Positions 29,383 through 40,028 are shown, counted from the first letter of the stretch. The stretch: DNA of 64,000 nt from Candidatus Latescibacterota bacterium (GCA_965203175.1 OZ241867.1:5632001-5696000); one strand, 5' to 3'. Program-made: numbers and translations. The notes: generated by a model not told the origin, from the sequence alone.

Positions 29383-29922
29383 CTAATGAAACCGAGATTT
29401 GATTGCTCCCCAGCTTTTGGCCTCTACGACGGTTGACTTTTCTTCCTCCTTTTCTTCCTCCTTTTCTTCTTCCTTTTCTTCACCAGCTACGGTCCATGTA
29501 TTCGTGCTGGCATACTTGTGTAGAGTACCGTCCACGGAAATCTCTACGACCCAGCGATATTCTCCTGGCCCTGGAGCATCTAAAGAACAAAACTGAGTGC
29601 CATCCTGCTCAGTACCATCCACATCAACCCAGCTTGATGATTCTTTCTTCTGCCACTTGGATAGCTTGACTACGAATTGCTTGCCTTCAACAACCAGATT
29701 TGCCGGGATCGGAAGGCAGCCGGCACCTATTCCATAGGTAACCTCATCTATCGTAGCCTTAATACCGAAAACGACTGTCTCGATATTCTTTAGCGTTACC
29801 TCGACGCCTCCACCTTCCAGTACTCGTATCCAGCTAACACTTGTATAAGCGTTTGCCTGAGTTGGAACGGCAAAGCAGAGTACGATCGCAGATGCAACTA
29901 ATAACGGCCTATAATACGACAT
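29383..29922 (-). CDS. Small secreted protein with EEKE linker and C-terminal 'VEAKSWGAIK' tail
   Basis: SD AAGGAGG before ATG 29922; signal peptide QANA|Y; lower GC than neighbours. Confidence 0.75.
   Translation of the reverse strand: MSYYRPLLVASAIVLCFAVPTQANAYTSVSWIRVLEGGGVEVTLKNIETVVFGIKATIDEVTYGIGAGCLPIPANLVVEGKQFVVKLSKWQKKESSSWVDVDGTEQDGTQFCSLDAPGPGEYRWVVEISVDGTLHKYASTNTWTVAGEEKEEEKEEEKEEEKSTVVEAKSWGAIKSRFH
29437..29481. repeat. 12-bp in-frame tandem repeat (~3.75 units) encoding EEKE linker
   Basis: CTTTTCTTCCTC x2, CTTTTCTTCTTC, CTTTTCTTC. Confidence 0.9.
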
Positions 29923-30188
29923 AAAACCCCTCCTTGGATTTGATTTCGCAACTCGGTGCGCCGGCGTGCGCATCGAGTTGCGCGCTGTTCGCTTGCGAAC
30001 TAGACCACCAAGTCCAAAAGACGGCTTGGCGTTCTGGCTCAATGGCATGGCAACGCGCTCCATCCCTGCACCCTTCCCCACCGCGATTGTCCGCTTGGCA
30101 ACCGAAAGAAGGTATGTGAGATCGGGAAACGACTCGACTCTCAAAGAAGCACCGTAAGATATAGAGAAAAGGTACTAAGAATGCCAAT

Positions 30189-31706
30189 TTAGATAGCCAT
30201 GGAAAACACCTTGGCCCGCGCTAGGTACAGGCGCACGGCCACCTGCTTTCCCTTTAGCGCCGCTAGATCGCTCTCGCCCTTCCACGTAACGACTTGGTCC
30301 AACTCGTCTCCCACCAAGACATCGGCCTCGTCTGCACTGAAACCCTCTAAGGGCTCAATCGACTCTACAGGCTCAATCGGCGGCGTCACAATTTCCACCT
30401 TGATCCAGCCGGCTCGCTTGGTCTGGAAGTTGAGGCGCAATTCTCCGCCCTGGCAAATGCGCGGAATGGTGGTGGCCCGTCCTTCCAGCGGTGCTTCCAG
30501 GGCCACCAGCCGATGGCGTTTCCATATAGCCCAGCGAAACTCGCCTTCGGGCAACTCGGCCGGTCCGTGGTCGTGCCGACTGTAGCGGCCGTCGTACGGC
30601 AGGCCCCACTCTTCCTCATTGAGCGGCACTAGGTTAGGAGCGGCGCGGATGCAACCATACTGCCCCTCGTCGCTTTCGAGGGTGATGATGGGCTTGCGCT
30701 CGGGCCGCACCCAATTCCACCCATCCCGACTCACCGCTAGCTGGACATCTTGCTCTGAGTCGAGCCGGTGGTACACCGAAGGAAACATCAGATGCAAGCC
30801 GGGCACTCCCGGATAGTGGCAGTAGCACGGCGTGTATATATCGTCGGAAACGTGGTCCTGCGGGTCGGCCACTAGGACGTAGCGCGGTGGGGCCCAAGCG
30901 CCGAACTTTTTCCCTCCGGTCTTGCGCACGGCCCGGCGACCGGTATAGCCGAATTTGTTCTCGTTGTGGAACATGCCGCGCAAATAGGCAACGTATTCTC
31001 CGGTTTCCGGGTCGTAGGCAGCGACATTCTGAGTGTCGAGCACGCTATTGCCGACGTTCACTAAGGGGGTGTCGAGTACAGTCCAGTGCAACCCGTCGCT
31101 AGAGACAGCACCCTGTACCACATTGTCCCGGCGGACGCCGAACTGTTCTTCCACAACCTGCATGGTATTGATGGTAGGATCGTCCCGCGTACCGGTATCG
31201 GCACCCAACTGGCGAAACTGCACCCAATCCATTTCCGCATCCACTTCCCCGTTGCGGTAAAACACGGTCTTCGGGCCAATGGCCTTGTAGCGCTCCTCGG
31301 GATCGGCATGGGGATCGATGAATACCGAGTTGATCTCAAAATCGCTGTGACGCGAAAGCAGATTATTGGCCCTAGTACCGCCGTACTCCACTAACCCCAA
31401 GTTCGGCCGTTCCCATTCGAAACCGTCCCGGCTCTCCGCATAGCCGTTGAAACGCACCCCGCCTTCTTCCGCTCCCGAAGTCCAAAACCACATCCGGTAG
31501 AGCCCGTCGTCCAAAAGGACGTACGGATACGCCATTCGAGCCTGTTCCCAAGGCTGTTCCGCACGAAAGAATACCGGAGACCTGCGCGCCGGTTGCACTG
31601 CTAACCGCACACCCAACGGCGGGTCCTTTATCCAGGACTCGCCGTTTTCGTTGGCACAGGCCTGTCCCGCCCAGATATCGTACCAGTCCAGAAATGGTTG
31701 ATGCAT
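30189..31706 (-). CDS. GH-like beta-propeller protein (paralog 2 of 5)
   Basis: 'YAESRDGFEWERPNLG..ANNL', 'PEERYKA', 'SSDGLHW', 'DTQN', 'LAVSRDG..W', shared C-terminal sandwich. Confidence 0.6.
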   Translation of the reverse strand: MHQPFLDWYDIWAGQACANENGESWIKDPPLGVRLAVQPARRSPVFFRAEQPWEQARMAYPYVLLDDGLYRMWFWTSGAEEGGVRFNGYAESRDGFEWERPNLGLVEYGGTRANNLLSRHSDFEINSVFIDPHADPEERYKAIGPKTVFYRNGEVDAEMDWVQFRQLGADTGTRDDPTINTMQVVEEQFGVRRDNVVQGAVSSDGLHWTVLDTPLVNVGNSVLDTQNVAAYDPETGEYVAYLRGMFHNENKFGYTGRRAVRKTGGKKFGAWAPPRYVLVADPQDHVSDDIYTPCYCHYPGVPGLHLMFPSVYHRLDSEQDVQLAVSRDGWNWVRPERKPIITLESDEGQYGCIRAAPNLVPLNEEEWGLPYDGRYSRHDHGPAELPEGEFRWAIWKRHRLVALEAPLEGRATTIPRICQGGELRLNFQTKRAGWIKVEIVTPPIEPVESIEPLEGFSADEADVLVGDELDQVVTWKGESDLAALKGKQVAVRLYLARAKVFSMAI

Positions 31707-31733
31707 CAGTTTTTCCTCTCGTACGCCAGCAGC

Positions 31734-32747
31734 CTAGCCAGCTACTTCTCTGAAAACGCGAATAAAATTGCCGCCCATAATCCCGGCGATCGCCTCGGCC
31801 TGATGCCCGCGCTGCTGCAAGCCCTCGACGATATTTTGGCTCGCGCCAATATCTTCCAACCCGATCGGCCGAGCGTTGAGCTGGTCAAGCAGATCCGTAC
31901 CAAAGCCGACGTGGGCAGATCCAACCAGCGCAACTATATAATCAATGTGATCCAGCAACATCTCCAGACTGGCTGTTTCACCCCCGGGACCCAGTGGCAT
32001 CGGACTAGGGCAAATCAGACCCCCGGTAACAGCCACCGCCCGGAGTTGATCGTCGCTCAAGTAGCGCACTGTGTCCCGCAGCGCTCGCGCATTGCCGTGC
32101 GTAGCAATGACCGGCGCGCGGGCAACTTCCAGCGCATCCCAAAAACAGGCCTCAACCATATGCGTGATATCGACGAGCATGCCCAGCCGGTTCATCTCGC
32201 CAATGACCTGCCGACCAGCCTCAGTCAGCCGTCCCGGCGGATCGACCTCGCTGTCGTAAAGCCGCATGGTCGGCCCGTTCCACACCTGCGTCGCCGTGCC
32301 CAAGGCATTGCGTCCTTCGTGCACCAAGCCGAGGTGCCGCAACCCCAGCCGATAGAGCGTGCGCAACACGCTCAAGTCGCCCTTGAGCGCATCGCCGCCC
32401 TCCAGGCCCAAAACAAAGGCGACTTTCCCGCTCTTGTGCGCCTCTTCGATGTGATCGGCAGTAGTAGCCAGCACTGCGTATTCCCCAGCTTCGCCTTCGA
32501 GTTGGCGATGCAGATAGTCGACGATCCGCAAGACCTCCTGCAGGGGATGCCGATTGCCGTGGGGCCCGCCGATTCTCGCATCTGGCACCCAACAAGCGGT
32601 TAGCTGAGCCGCGACCCCACCGGCGCGCATCAGGGGCACATCGGTCAGTCCGCCCAAACCTTGGTGCAGCTCGCGCTCCGACTTGAAGGCCAGATCCAAG
32701 GTATGGCCGTGGGCGTCAATGATCGGTGCCGTTAAAGAATTGTCCAT
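31734..32747 (-). CDS. Membrane dipeptidase (peptidase M19) family protein
   Basis: 'IIDAHGH', 'LGLEGG', 'GLTEAG..MNRLGMLVDITH'-like, 'ATHGN', 'HIDY..HVGFGTD'. Confidence 0.9.
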   Translation of the reverse strand: MDNSLTAPIIDAHGHTLDLAFKSERELHQGLGGLTDVPLMRAGGVAAQLTACWVPDARIGGPHGNRHPLQEVLRIVDYLHRQLEGEAGEYAVLATTADHIEEAHKSGKVAFVLGLEGGDALKGDLSVLRTLYRLGLRHLGLVHEGRNALGTATQVWNGPTMRLYDSEVDPPGRLTEAGRQVIGEMNRLGMLVDITHMVEACFWDALEVARAPVIATHGNARALRDTVRYLSDDQLRAVAVTGGLICPSPMPLGPGGETASLEMLLDHIDYIVALVGSAHVGFGTDLLDQLNARPIGLEDIGASQNIVEGLQQRGHQAEAIAGIMGGNFIRVFREVAG

Positions 32748-32759
32748 GCTCGCCCCCTT

Positions 32760-35051
32760 TTAATCCCAGCGCGGCAGGCCGGCGAAGGTCGCTCCAGGTC
32801 TTTGCCGCCGACCTGCCACCGTTCCGGTCAACTCGTACTGTCCCCCTGCCTCGGTGGCAAAGGTCAGCACATCCCCGTTTAGCAAAACCTCGGCACCAGT
32901 ACACAGATCGCGCAGCACCACGTCACCTTGCGGCCACGGATTGTGCACGGCGCAGTCCTGGCCGACTTCGCTGGTGATGTGTACCCACTCCACCACTCCG
33001 TCTCGATACGAGGCGCTGACCAAGAAGGCCCCCTCGGCGCGCAGGGAATCAAAAGACGCCGCGGGCCACGCAGCCGGCACGCAGGGAAAGAAGCGGATTT
33101 TGCCTCCCCAACTTTGCAATAGCATCTCCATAACCGCCGCGGCAGCACCCGTGCCTGCTTCTAGGGTATTGATAAAACCATGTTCGGCCGTGTAGAAACC
33201 AGTCTGTCGCCAGTCAACGCTCACCTGCAAGGTGTTTGGCAGCACCACCTGATCGGTGTAAAAGCGCAGCATGGAGTGAGCCATATTAGTGCGCCGGGCG
33301 CGGCAGGCAATCAGCGCCGCCCAAGGGAAAGACCAGCCCGACCAGTGGCCCGTGCCGATGTGGCGCAAATGGGCCAGCGAACGCTCAATTAAATCCCGGT
33401 CGCCAGCGTCGCCTTCGACATTGACGTAACCGAGGGGGTGAATGGCCATCAAGTGGGAAAAGTGGCGGTGGCTGCGCTCCAACGGCACCCCGGCGTAAAC
33501 CTGAATGCCGTTCTCGTCTACAGGCAGCGGCGCTAGGTTTTCTAGGACCTGACCATAAGACGCCGTCTCTTCCTCGCCCAATTCGAGTTGCTCTGCGGCT
33601 TTGATAAGCGTGGTAAACAAATAGCGCACCAGCGCCAGATCAAACGCCGAATCCCGGCCCTTGCACACAATGTCGTCGTACTCGGGCGAGTAGGACCAGG
33701 GCACGTGCAGCACGCCCTCTTCGTCGACTTCAAGGAATCCCAGCCAGAAGCGGCCCACAGCTTCCATGAAGGGCCAAGCTTTGTCGCGCAGAAAGTCCCT
33801 GTCGCCGCTGTAGCAATAGTGCAACCAGAAGTGCTGAGCCAGCCAAGCACCCACGCCGACCTGCAAATTCCAAGGAAACCACATAAAGCCCACGCCCTGG
33901 CCATAGATATCCATATTGGCCGGTAGGTAAGCTCCGCTCCAGCCGAAGAAGGTGCGGCAATTCTCCTCAAAGCGCGGCAACTGGTCCACCAATAGGTCGT
34001 AGAGCGGCATGGCCAGTTCGAGGCGGTTGGCGGCGAAGATGGGCCAGTAGTTCATCTCGGTTTCTAAATTGTGGTGCAGGTCGCCGTAACAAGGCGGAAT
34101 GCGCGTATCGGGGTTCCACACGCCCATGATGGTGACGGGATACTTATCCTCTCGTGCATTGCAGCCCAGCTTGTACATCTCCGCGTACCACAAGCGTTCC
34201 AGAGCGGCGTCGGGCACTTGCAAATGCGAGCGCGTCCAAAAGCGCGCCCACCACGCCAGATGCTCGTCAAAAAGGTCATCGCGTCCCTGCCAAGCCTCCA
34301 CAGCAGCGACCGCCCGAGCCGGCAGCGCATCGCCGGCCGCACCCCGGATCACTGTGACAGCACAGCGAGCTCGGTTGCTCGCCGCGCAGCACTGGCGAAC
34401 GAACACCGCGTACTCCTCGTCACCACTGTATCCCTGCACTAAGTAGCGATCGCTCCCCTCGCCGCCGTACTCGGTCTCGGGATAATCCCATATTTGCATG
34501 ATCTCTTCGCTGCGCTCGTCCAAGCGGCGGACGACCCTGCAAGCGGGCAGTGGGATCTTGCCGTGCGCCTCCATTTCGATCTCGACGATATTCTCGCAGG
34601 CGTGCAAATACCCCCACACAGTCAGCCCCCCCTGATCCAGTTGCAATTCCAGCGAAAAAGCAGCCTCGTAGAGCGAAATCTTGCCCTCCAGTGCGGTCGG
34701 CGTCTGCCCAAGCGGCCATTCGACGCGACCGATCGGCAGCTTGTTGCCCCAGACTCGGTCGGGGGGCCGCACCGGATCGAAGACGCGACAGCTAGGATCA
34801 AAGCTACCGTCGCGGGCTTGCTGCAGGGCCGTTCGGTAATCCATGCCCGGCTCCAAGCTCTGGTCCGCGCGCCGCTCCCAGACATCGGCCTTGTCCAAGC
34901 TGAGCACCATGCGATCCTCCTCAAACCACAGCACGGCACCCAGATCGCCGTTGCCAAGAATAAATCCCTCGAAATAGGTAAAGGGCACCGCGTCGTAGCT
35001 CAGATCGTGGCGGGCAACCCGGTCGCGGATATCCGCGATATTGTCTTTCAC
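32760..35051 (-). CDS. GH95-like (alpha-L-fucosidase-like) glycoside hydrolase
   Basis: 'LGNGDLGA', 'H.N..EMNYWP', 'SPE', 'HRHFSHL', 'EMLLQSW..FP..P..W', 'LRAEGAFLVS'; no signal peptide. Confidence 0.8.
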   Translation of the reverse strand: MKDNIADIRDRVARHDLSYDAVPFTYFEGFILGNGDLGAVLWFEEDRMVLSLDKADVWERRADQSLEPGMDYRTALQQARDGSFDPSCRVFDPVRPPDRVWGNKLPIGRVEWPLGQTPTALEGKISLYEAAFSLELQLDQGGLTVWGYLHACENIVEIEMEAHGKIPLPACRVVRRLDERSEEIMQIWDYPETEYGGEGSDRYLVQGYSGDEEYAVFVRQCCAASNRARCAVTVIRGAAGDALPARAVAAVEAWQGRDDLFDEHLAWWARFWTRSHLQVPDAALERLWYAEMYKLGCNAREDKYPVTIMGVWNPDTRIPPCYGDLHHNLETEMNYWPIFAANRLELAMPLYDLLVDQLPRFEENCRTFFGWSGAYLPANMDIYGQGVGFMWFPWNLQVGVGAWLAQHFWLHYCYSGDRDFLRDKAWPFMEAVGRFWLGFLEVDEEGVLHVPWSYSPEYDDIVCKGRDSAFDLALVRYLFTTLIKAAEQLELGEEETASYGQVLENLAPLPVDENGIQVYAGVPLERSHRHFSHLMAIHPLGYVNVEGDAGDRDLIERSLAHLRHIGTGHWSGWSFPWAALIACRARRTNMAHSMLRFYTDQVVLPNTLQVSVDWRQTGFYTAEHGFINTLEAGTGAAAAVMEMLLQSWGGKIRFFPCVPAAWPAASFDSLRAEGAFLVSASYRDGVVEWVHITSEVGQDCAVHNPWPQGDVVLRDLCTGAEVLLNGDVLTFATEAGGQYELTGTVAGRRQRPGATFAGLPRWD

Positions 35052-35905
35052 GACCCCTCCGCTGCCCTCCGGCGTGTGGCCTGTCGGCGCGCTTCGCCCG
35101 CTGCCGTGAGTTTGCCCTCCCCATCGTAGTAGCCGTCTTCGTGTCCGGTGACTAGGGGACCGTACAAATCGGGCCGACGCGCGACAAAGCGCGACCGTCC
35201 TTGACTGTTATCCTGTTTCGGCAAGTGGACATATTGCACGCTGACGCATTCAGTTTCGTACTTCTCCAAGTGCAATTCCCCGCTGGGGCTAATGATTACC
35301 GCGCTCCAAGTGTTGGCAATGACAATCCAGCAGTGATTGTCCCGAGCCCGCCAGCGCATTTTTTCAGTGTTCTCCGGCCCGCCGCTGCCGTCCATGGGAA
35401 TGAAAATGACCTGAGCCCCTTGGACCCCCAACACCGCGCAATTGTCCACGGTGCGGTCGCTACACAACAGAAAGCCCAACCGGCCCAAGGGCGTGTCGAA
35501 CGGCTGCAGCGCGCGGCCTGGCGTGATGGCATACTCTCCCGCAGTGGTAATTTTGCGGTAATGGGCGATTACCTCGCCTTGCGGATCGAGCATGACACAG
35601 GCGTTGAACAGGGTCTGGTCTTCCCGTTCCAGCAAGCCGAATATCAGATAGATCCCCAATTCTTTGCACAACGCGCCCGCCCGCTGGATATAGGATCCAT
35701 CCGGCACGGTCTGGGCAATTTCCAACATGTCCGCCAATTGGGATGTGGGGTCTGCGTTAAACACATAACCATCCAGCACCGACTCGGGCGCGACAATCAC
35801 TTGGGCGCGACGCCCGGCCGCCTCCCGGACATAAGCCTCCAGCCGCCGAAAATTATCCTCCAATTCCCAGGGAGCTGATTTCAAAGTGACAATTCCCACC
35901 AGCAT
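35048..35905 (-). CDS. Carbon-nitrogen hydrolase (nitrilase superfamily)
   Basis: Catalytic triad motifs APE, YRK, LCSD; SD AGGAG before ATG 35905. Confidence 0.85.
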   Translation of the reverse strand: MLVGIVTLKSAPWELEDNFRRLEAYVREAAGRRAQVIVAPESVLDGYVFNADPTSQLADMLEIAQTVPDGSYIQRAGALCKELGIYLIFGLLEREDQTLFNACVMLDPQGEVIAHYRKITTAGEYAITPGRALQPFDTPLGRLGFLLCSDRTVDNCAVLGVQGAQVIFIPMDGSGGPENTEKMRWRARDNHCWIVIANTWSAVIISPSGELHLEKYETECVSVQYVHLPKQDNSQGRSRFVARRPDLYGPLVTGHEDGYYDGEGKLTAAGEARRQATRRRAAEGS

Positions 35906-35918
35906 GCTCTGTCTCCTA

Positions 35919-37432
35919 TCAGAGGGTAACGGCAAAGAGTTGGGCGCGTGCCATGCGAAATCGCAAATGGATCTTCCGGCCCTTTAGCGCCGACAGATCC
36001 GACTTGCCCCGCCAACTCACCACGGCAGCCAACTCATCCCCAGACATCCGGTCGCAGTCGGCAAAACTGAATCCCTCTAGGGCGGGGACCAAAGTTGCGC
36101 CCGTTCGATTGGGCAAACTGCCATCGACGATTTCCACTTCGACAAAGGCGCCCGGCAACAACGTCTTGAAATTGATCTTGAGCTGCTGGCCGGCGCATAG
36201 CTGTTCGCTCAGGGCAAATTCCGCCCAATCGTCCGCTTCCCAAGCCACCAGCCGATCGCGCTTCCACGTGGCCCAGATGTACTCGTGCGGCTGGTCGGAA
36301 GAGCGGTTGTGCGGGTGCGGACAGGCCAGAGTCAGCACGCCCCAGTGGTCTTGATCCAACTCCACCAGCTCCGGCGTCGGGTAGAGACTGCCATAGCGCT
36401 CGCTCACCGGAATAATCGGCTTGCGTTCCGGCCGGTACCAGAGCTGGCCGTCGTGGCTGGTGGCCAAGTACACATCGACCAGATCGCTGGCCCGACGATA
36501 GGGACTGAAGAACATAAGGTGCTGGCCGTGTGGATGGCGACAATAGCCCGGCGCATAGATGTCCCAATCGGGCGGATCGTCGGGCTCTGCCGTGAGCACC
36601 ATCAGGTGGTTGTCCCACGGCCCGCGAAAAGTATCGGCTTCGTAACGCGACACGGCCCGGCGCCGCTCGCGACCACTGCGCAAATAAATGACGTATTTGC
36701 CGCTATCGGCATCGTAGGTGAGAATATTCTGCGTATCGAGCAAGAAGGGCGGCGCCATGATCGGCTCGGGCAGGTGAGTCCAGCTATAGCCGTCGGCCGA
36801 CACCCCGGCGGTGACCACCACCTGCGAGGTTATGTTGGTGCCGATTTCACCAGCGTCTCCGGCCGCCTCGCGCTTGGCCCGCAATTCCATCACTTCCGCC
36901 CGGCTAGCTGGCCGGCCGTCCACCTCGAACTTGCCGGTAATGCCAATGGCCTTATCTCTTCGTCGCTGCCATTGGGATCGCGCATGACGTTCATGTACCC
37001 ATAGGACGAACCCACTTGGTCGCAGACGAAGAGGATATTGTTATCCTTGGAACCCGCGTATTCGACCCGTCCCAATTCGGGCCGCTCCCAGTGAAAGCCG
37101 TCGTCGCTCTCGGCGTAGCACCACAATCCGGGCACTTTGCCCGGCACGTGGCCGGCCTTCACCCACGGATCTTCGGGGTCGGCAAAGCAGCAGTACCACA
37201 GGCGATAGCGGTCGCCTTCCTTTATCAAACTTGGATAGTGAATATTGCCGGCTTCCCAGCGCTTTTGGCGCGCCATGACCGGCTCAGAGCACTCGGCTTG
37301 CTGCACGGTCAAGCGGATGCCGGTGGGCAAATCTTGGGGAAAATACAGTCCGGCTTCGTCGTGGCTGACGTAGCCGGGCCAGATACCGTGCCAATCGAGC
37401 GCGGGTAGGGTTTTAACCTCTAACTCGTCCAC
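35919..37432 (-). pseudogene. GH-like beta-propeller (paralog 3 of 5), split by a frameshift at ~36954
   Basis: ORFs 36890-37432 and 35919-36923 are N- and C-halves; junction reads GAA GAG AT AAG GCC ATT GGC, where the paralog has EERYKAIG; pseudogene or assembly error. Confidence 0.75.
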
Positions 37433-37453
37433 TGTCTTTTCTCCTCATCCTCG

Positions 37454-38944
37454 TTAAACGCGAGAGCTATCCCCGGTTCGATAGGCGTACAAGCTCGTAG
37501 CATTATCGGTGCGAAAGTGCAAGCGAATCTCCCGACCGACAAAAGGCGTCAGATCGCGCCGCTCCTGCCCCCACGTAACCTCGCAATCCGTCTCGTCTCC
37601 CCGTGCCAATCCATTGCACGAGTCAAAGTCAAACCCCTCCGGCACAGAGGCCTCCGCAATGACGCGCACCTGCAGGTGTCCAAATAAACAGGTGGCATTG
37701 ACCCCAAGCCTAGGTCCAACGACTTCAATGGGTTCAGTCATCAATTCGCCGCCCCCGATGCCGCAGCGCAGCGCCACAAAGCGATCCTTGCGCAGGGTCA
37801 CTAGGCCAATCGAACTAGTGGAATTGCCCTCAGTACCGTGGGCCTGGGGACGGCCCGAATACCACATGTACAGCGTATCTCCCACAAGGGCGGGAGGATT
37901 GGATGACAGAGAAGCCCAAGCCCCGTCCCAAGTGCCCGGTGAGCCGACCGGCAAAAATTCCTCGCGGCGGCCCACCCGCTGCCAGTGGTCCAGATGCCGA
38001 GCCGTAGCCAGTTGCACCGGCCCCAGTTCCGTGGCCGAGTGCAGCATGCCGATGAAACCAATGTACTGATTGCCATAGACAAAAGGTGCCATCACGTATA
38101 GCTGATCCCTCGGATCATCGAAATCGTCCGGTTTGACAATGGTTCTCAGGGGCGTCCAGTGGATGAAATCCTCACTGCTAGACAAGGCAATGACGCGGCG
38201 GTACTGCTTCCACTCGAGCACAAAGTGGTCCATCAAAGTTTCATAACGACGCGAAGTAGCTAGATAGCGCCGCTGCATGGGATCGTACACCAGTGCCCCC
38301 GCATCGCCCGAGCGAGGCACGTAATTGCAGTCATCCAGTCGCCAGTGAATGCCGTCTGGCGAAAAGGCCGCGTACATGCCGTGGTGGTCGCGGATTTTGT
38401 CGAAGAGCACTTTGCGCAAGGCATTGCGCTCTTGGCGGTCCATCGTGGGCGTTTCCTGCGGAGCGTCCGCAGTGGGACGCTGCTGGTACATACCCATCTT
38501 ATACCGCTTGGACGGATCTGGCTCCTGCAAATCTTTGACCACGCCCCACGGATCCAGGCCGTAGTGAACACCCGGTGGCGGATAGACGATGTTGTTGGCG
38601 CTGGACCCTTCGCAAGCCACGATCCCCAGTTCCGGCTTTTCCCACGCAATGCCGTCTTTTGAGGTCGCGTAACACATAAAGTGCCCCTGGCCGGTGCGCT
38701 CGTACAGGTCGTTGTTGCTCGAGTAATACCACATCTTGAAGCAGTTTTCGTCGTCGTCGTAGAGCACCGAGCCCCACAGTTGCACGGCTTTCCCCTCCCA
38801 AGGCCGGTCGGGTTTTAATACCGGCTCCGTCCGCACGCGCTCGGGACGCTGCACCTTGCGCACAAAACCGGGATGATCTTGTACTTCCACGTCGTCGAGA
38901 AATAGATGCAAACCAGGGTCGTAAAGATTATTGCCCTTCATCAC
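37454..38944 (-). CDS. GH-like beta-propeller protein (paralog 4 of 5)
   Basis: 'LFLDD', 'PVLKPDRPWE', 'YATSKDG..WEKPELG..ANN', 'DPSKRYK', 'SPDG.HW', 'LR.DRFVAL'. Confidence 0.6.
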   Translation of the reverse strand: MMKGNNLYDPGLHLFLDDVEVQDHPGFVRKVQRPERVRTEPVLKPDRPWEGKAVQLWGSVLYDDDENCFKMWYYSSNNDLYERTGQGHFMCYATSKDGIAWEKPELGIVACEGSSANNIVYPPPGVHYGLDPWGVVKDLQEPDPSKRYKMGMYQQRPTADAPQETPTMDRQERNALRKVLFDKIRDHHGMYAAFSPDGIHWRLDDCNYVPRSGDAGALVYDPMQRRYLATSRRYETLMDHFVLEWKQYRRVIALSSSEDFIHWTPLRTIVKPDDFDDPRDQLYVMAPFVYGNQYIGFIGMLHSATELGPVQLATARHLDHWQRVGRREEFLPVGSPGTWDGAWASLSSNPPALVGDTLYMWYSGRPQAHGTEGNSTSSIGLVTLRKDRFVALRCGIGGGELMTEPIEVVGPRLGVNATCLFGHLQVRVIAEASVPEGFDFDSCNGLARGDETDCEVTWGQERRDLTPFVGREIRLHFRTDNATSLYAYRTGDSSRV

Positions 38945-40028
38945 AGTTCCTCTCCACAGATTGGCCGGTGATATGGGCCTTGGTGATATCGATGATGAGT
39001 TCCACGTCGTGGCGCGCCTCAGTGATCGGCGTGTGGCACTCCACCCCCTCGGTGATACAGGCGTGAAAGTGGCTCAATTCCGCGGTGAAGGCGCTCTCCC
39101 AGGGAATAGCCGGCTCTTTGCGATAGCTAGTGCCGTGCTCGTCAATGCCCTGGATAGTCAGGGTAGAGAGCACGCGGCGCGAAAAACCGGTCGGATAGGT
39201 GAGCAGCACGCGCTTATCGTCGCCGTAGATTTCCAAGGTCTCGCGAAAATCCCACAGCTTTTCCAAGTCAACCCGACTGATGACACAGCGCGCGCCATTG
39301 GCGTATTCGAGCACTGAGGTAATCGAGCGATTGTTCTTCCAGATTTCCGTGCTAATCACAGCGCGGGGCGAGCCCACCATCGTGCGCAAGCTGTAAAGGT
39401 CGTGGATCAAACCGTAGGTGATGCCGCAGACCGGCTCGGCTTGCTCGAAAAGGTCGCCAAAAGCCTGGCGCAGTGTTTCCTTATAGGCACGCCGGCGTTG
39501 GGCGGCGATCGCGGAACGCTGCGAACCCGCGTACTGCACGTTGAAGTGGTCGAGGTGAAGATAATTACTCGGGTGCAAGTGGTTGATCTGGATAAAGCTG
39601 TAATCCAAACCCTCCACCTCTCGTTTGGCCAGCGCAAAGGCCGGATCGTACGCCTTCATGTAGGCGGCTTGGCCCACGGTGCCAGCTTTGTGCATGGCTG
39701 CAATCATGGCGTCGGCTTCCTGCAAAGACGCGCAGATGGGCTTTTCGATGAGCACGTGCTTGCCGGCGGCAAAAGCAGCGATTGCCGCGTCGCTTTTGGG
39801 ATCGGCATGGCAGAGAAGCACCGCGTCGATATCCGCGCTTAGCAGATCGTCGAGGGTGCTGACGTGCCGGGGGATAGCAAAGCGTTTGGCGACGTAAGCC
39901 GCCTGATCGGGGGACACGTCGCAGACAATGGGAACGGCAAATTCCTCGTCGAGTTCCAACAGGTTGGGTAGGTGCTGGACCTGGGCTATAGCACCACACC
40001 CCAAAACACCAATGCGCACGCGGGCCAT
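38928..40028 (-). CDS. Gfo/Idh/MocA family oxidoreductase
   Basis: 'IGVLGCGAIA' Rossmann motif, 'GKHVLIEKP'. Confidence 0.9.
   Translation of the reverse strand: MARVRIGVLGCGAIAQVQHLPNLLELDEEFAVPIVCDVSPDQAAYVAKRFAIPRHVSTLDDLLSADIDAVLLCHADPKSDAAIAAFAAGKHVLIEKPICASLQEADAMIAAMHKAGTVGQAAYMKAYDPAFALAKREVEGLDYSFIQINHLHPSNYLHLDHFNVQYAGSQRSAIAAQRRRAYKETLRQAFGDLFEQAEPVCGITYGLIHDLYSLRTMVGSPRAVISTEIWKNNRSITSVLEYANGARCVISRVDLEKLWDFRETLEIYGDDKRVLLTYPTGFSRRVLSTLTIQGIDEHGTSYRKEPAIPWESAFTAELSHFHACITEGVECHTPITEARHDVELIIDITKAHITGQSVERNCDEGQ

Noticed and set aside
29923-30144. N-terminal extensions in the ORF track (also at 179, 3393, 20596, 35935, 42345, 48497, 55712, 62086)
   Set aside because: Downstream starts have better SD sequences, restore signal peptides or remove overlaps
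36890-36960. Programmed frameshift in the split propeller gene or the PIN gene (44536)
   Set aside because: No slippery heptamer or long homopolymer; conserved residues are physically missing, which fits a deletion or an assembly error
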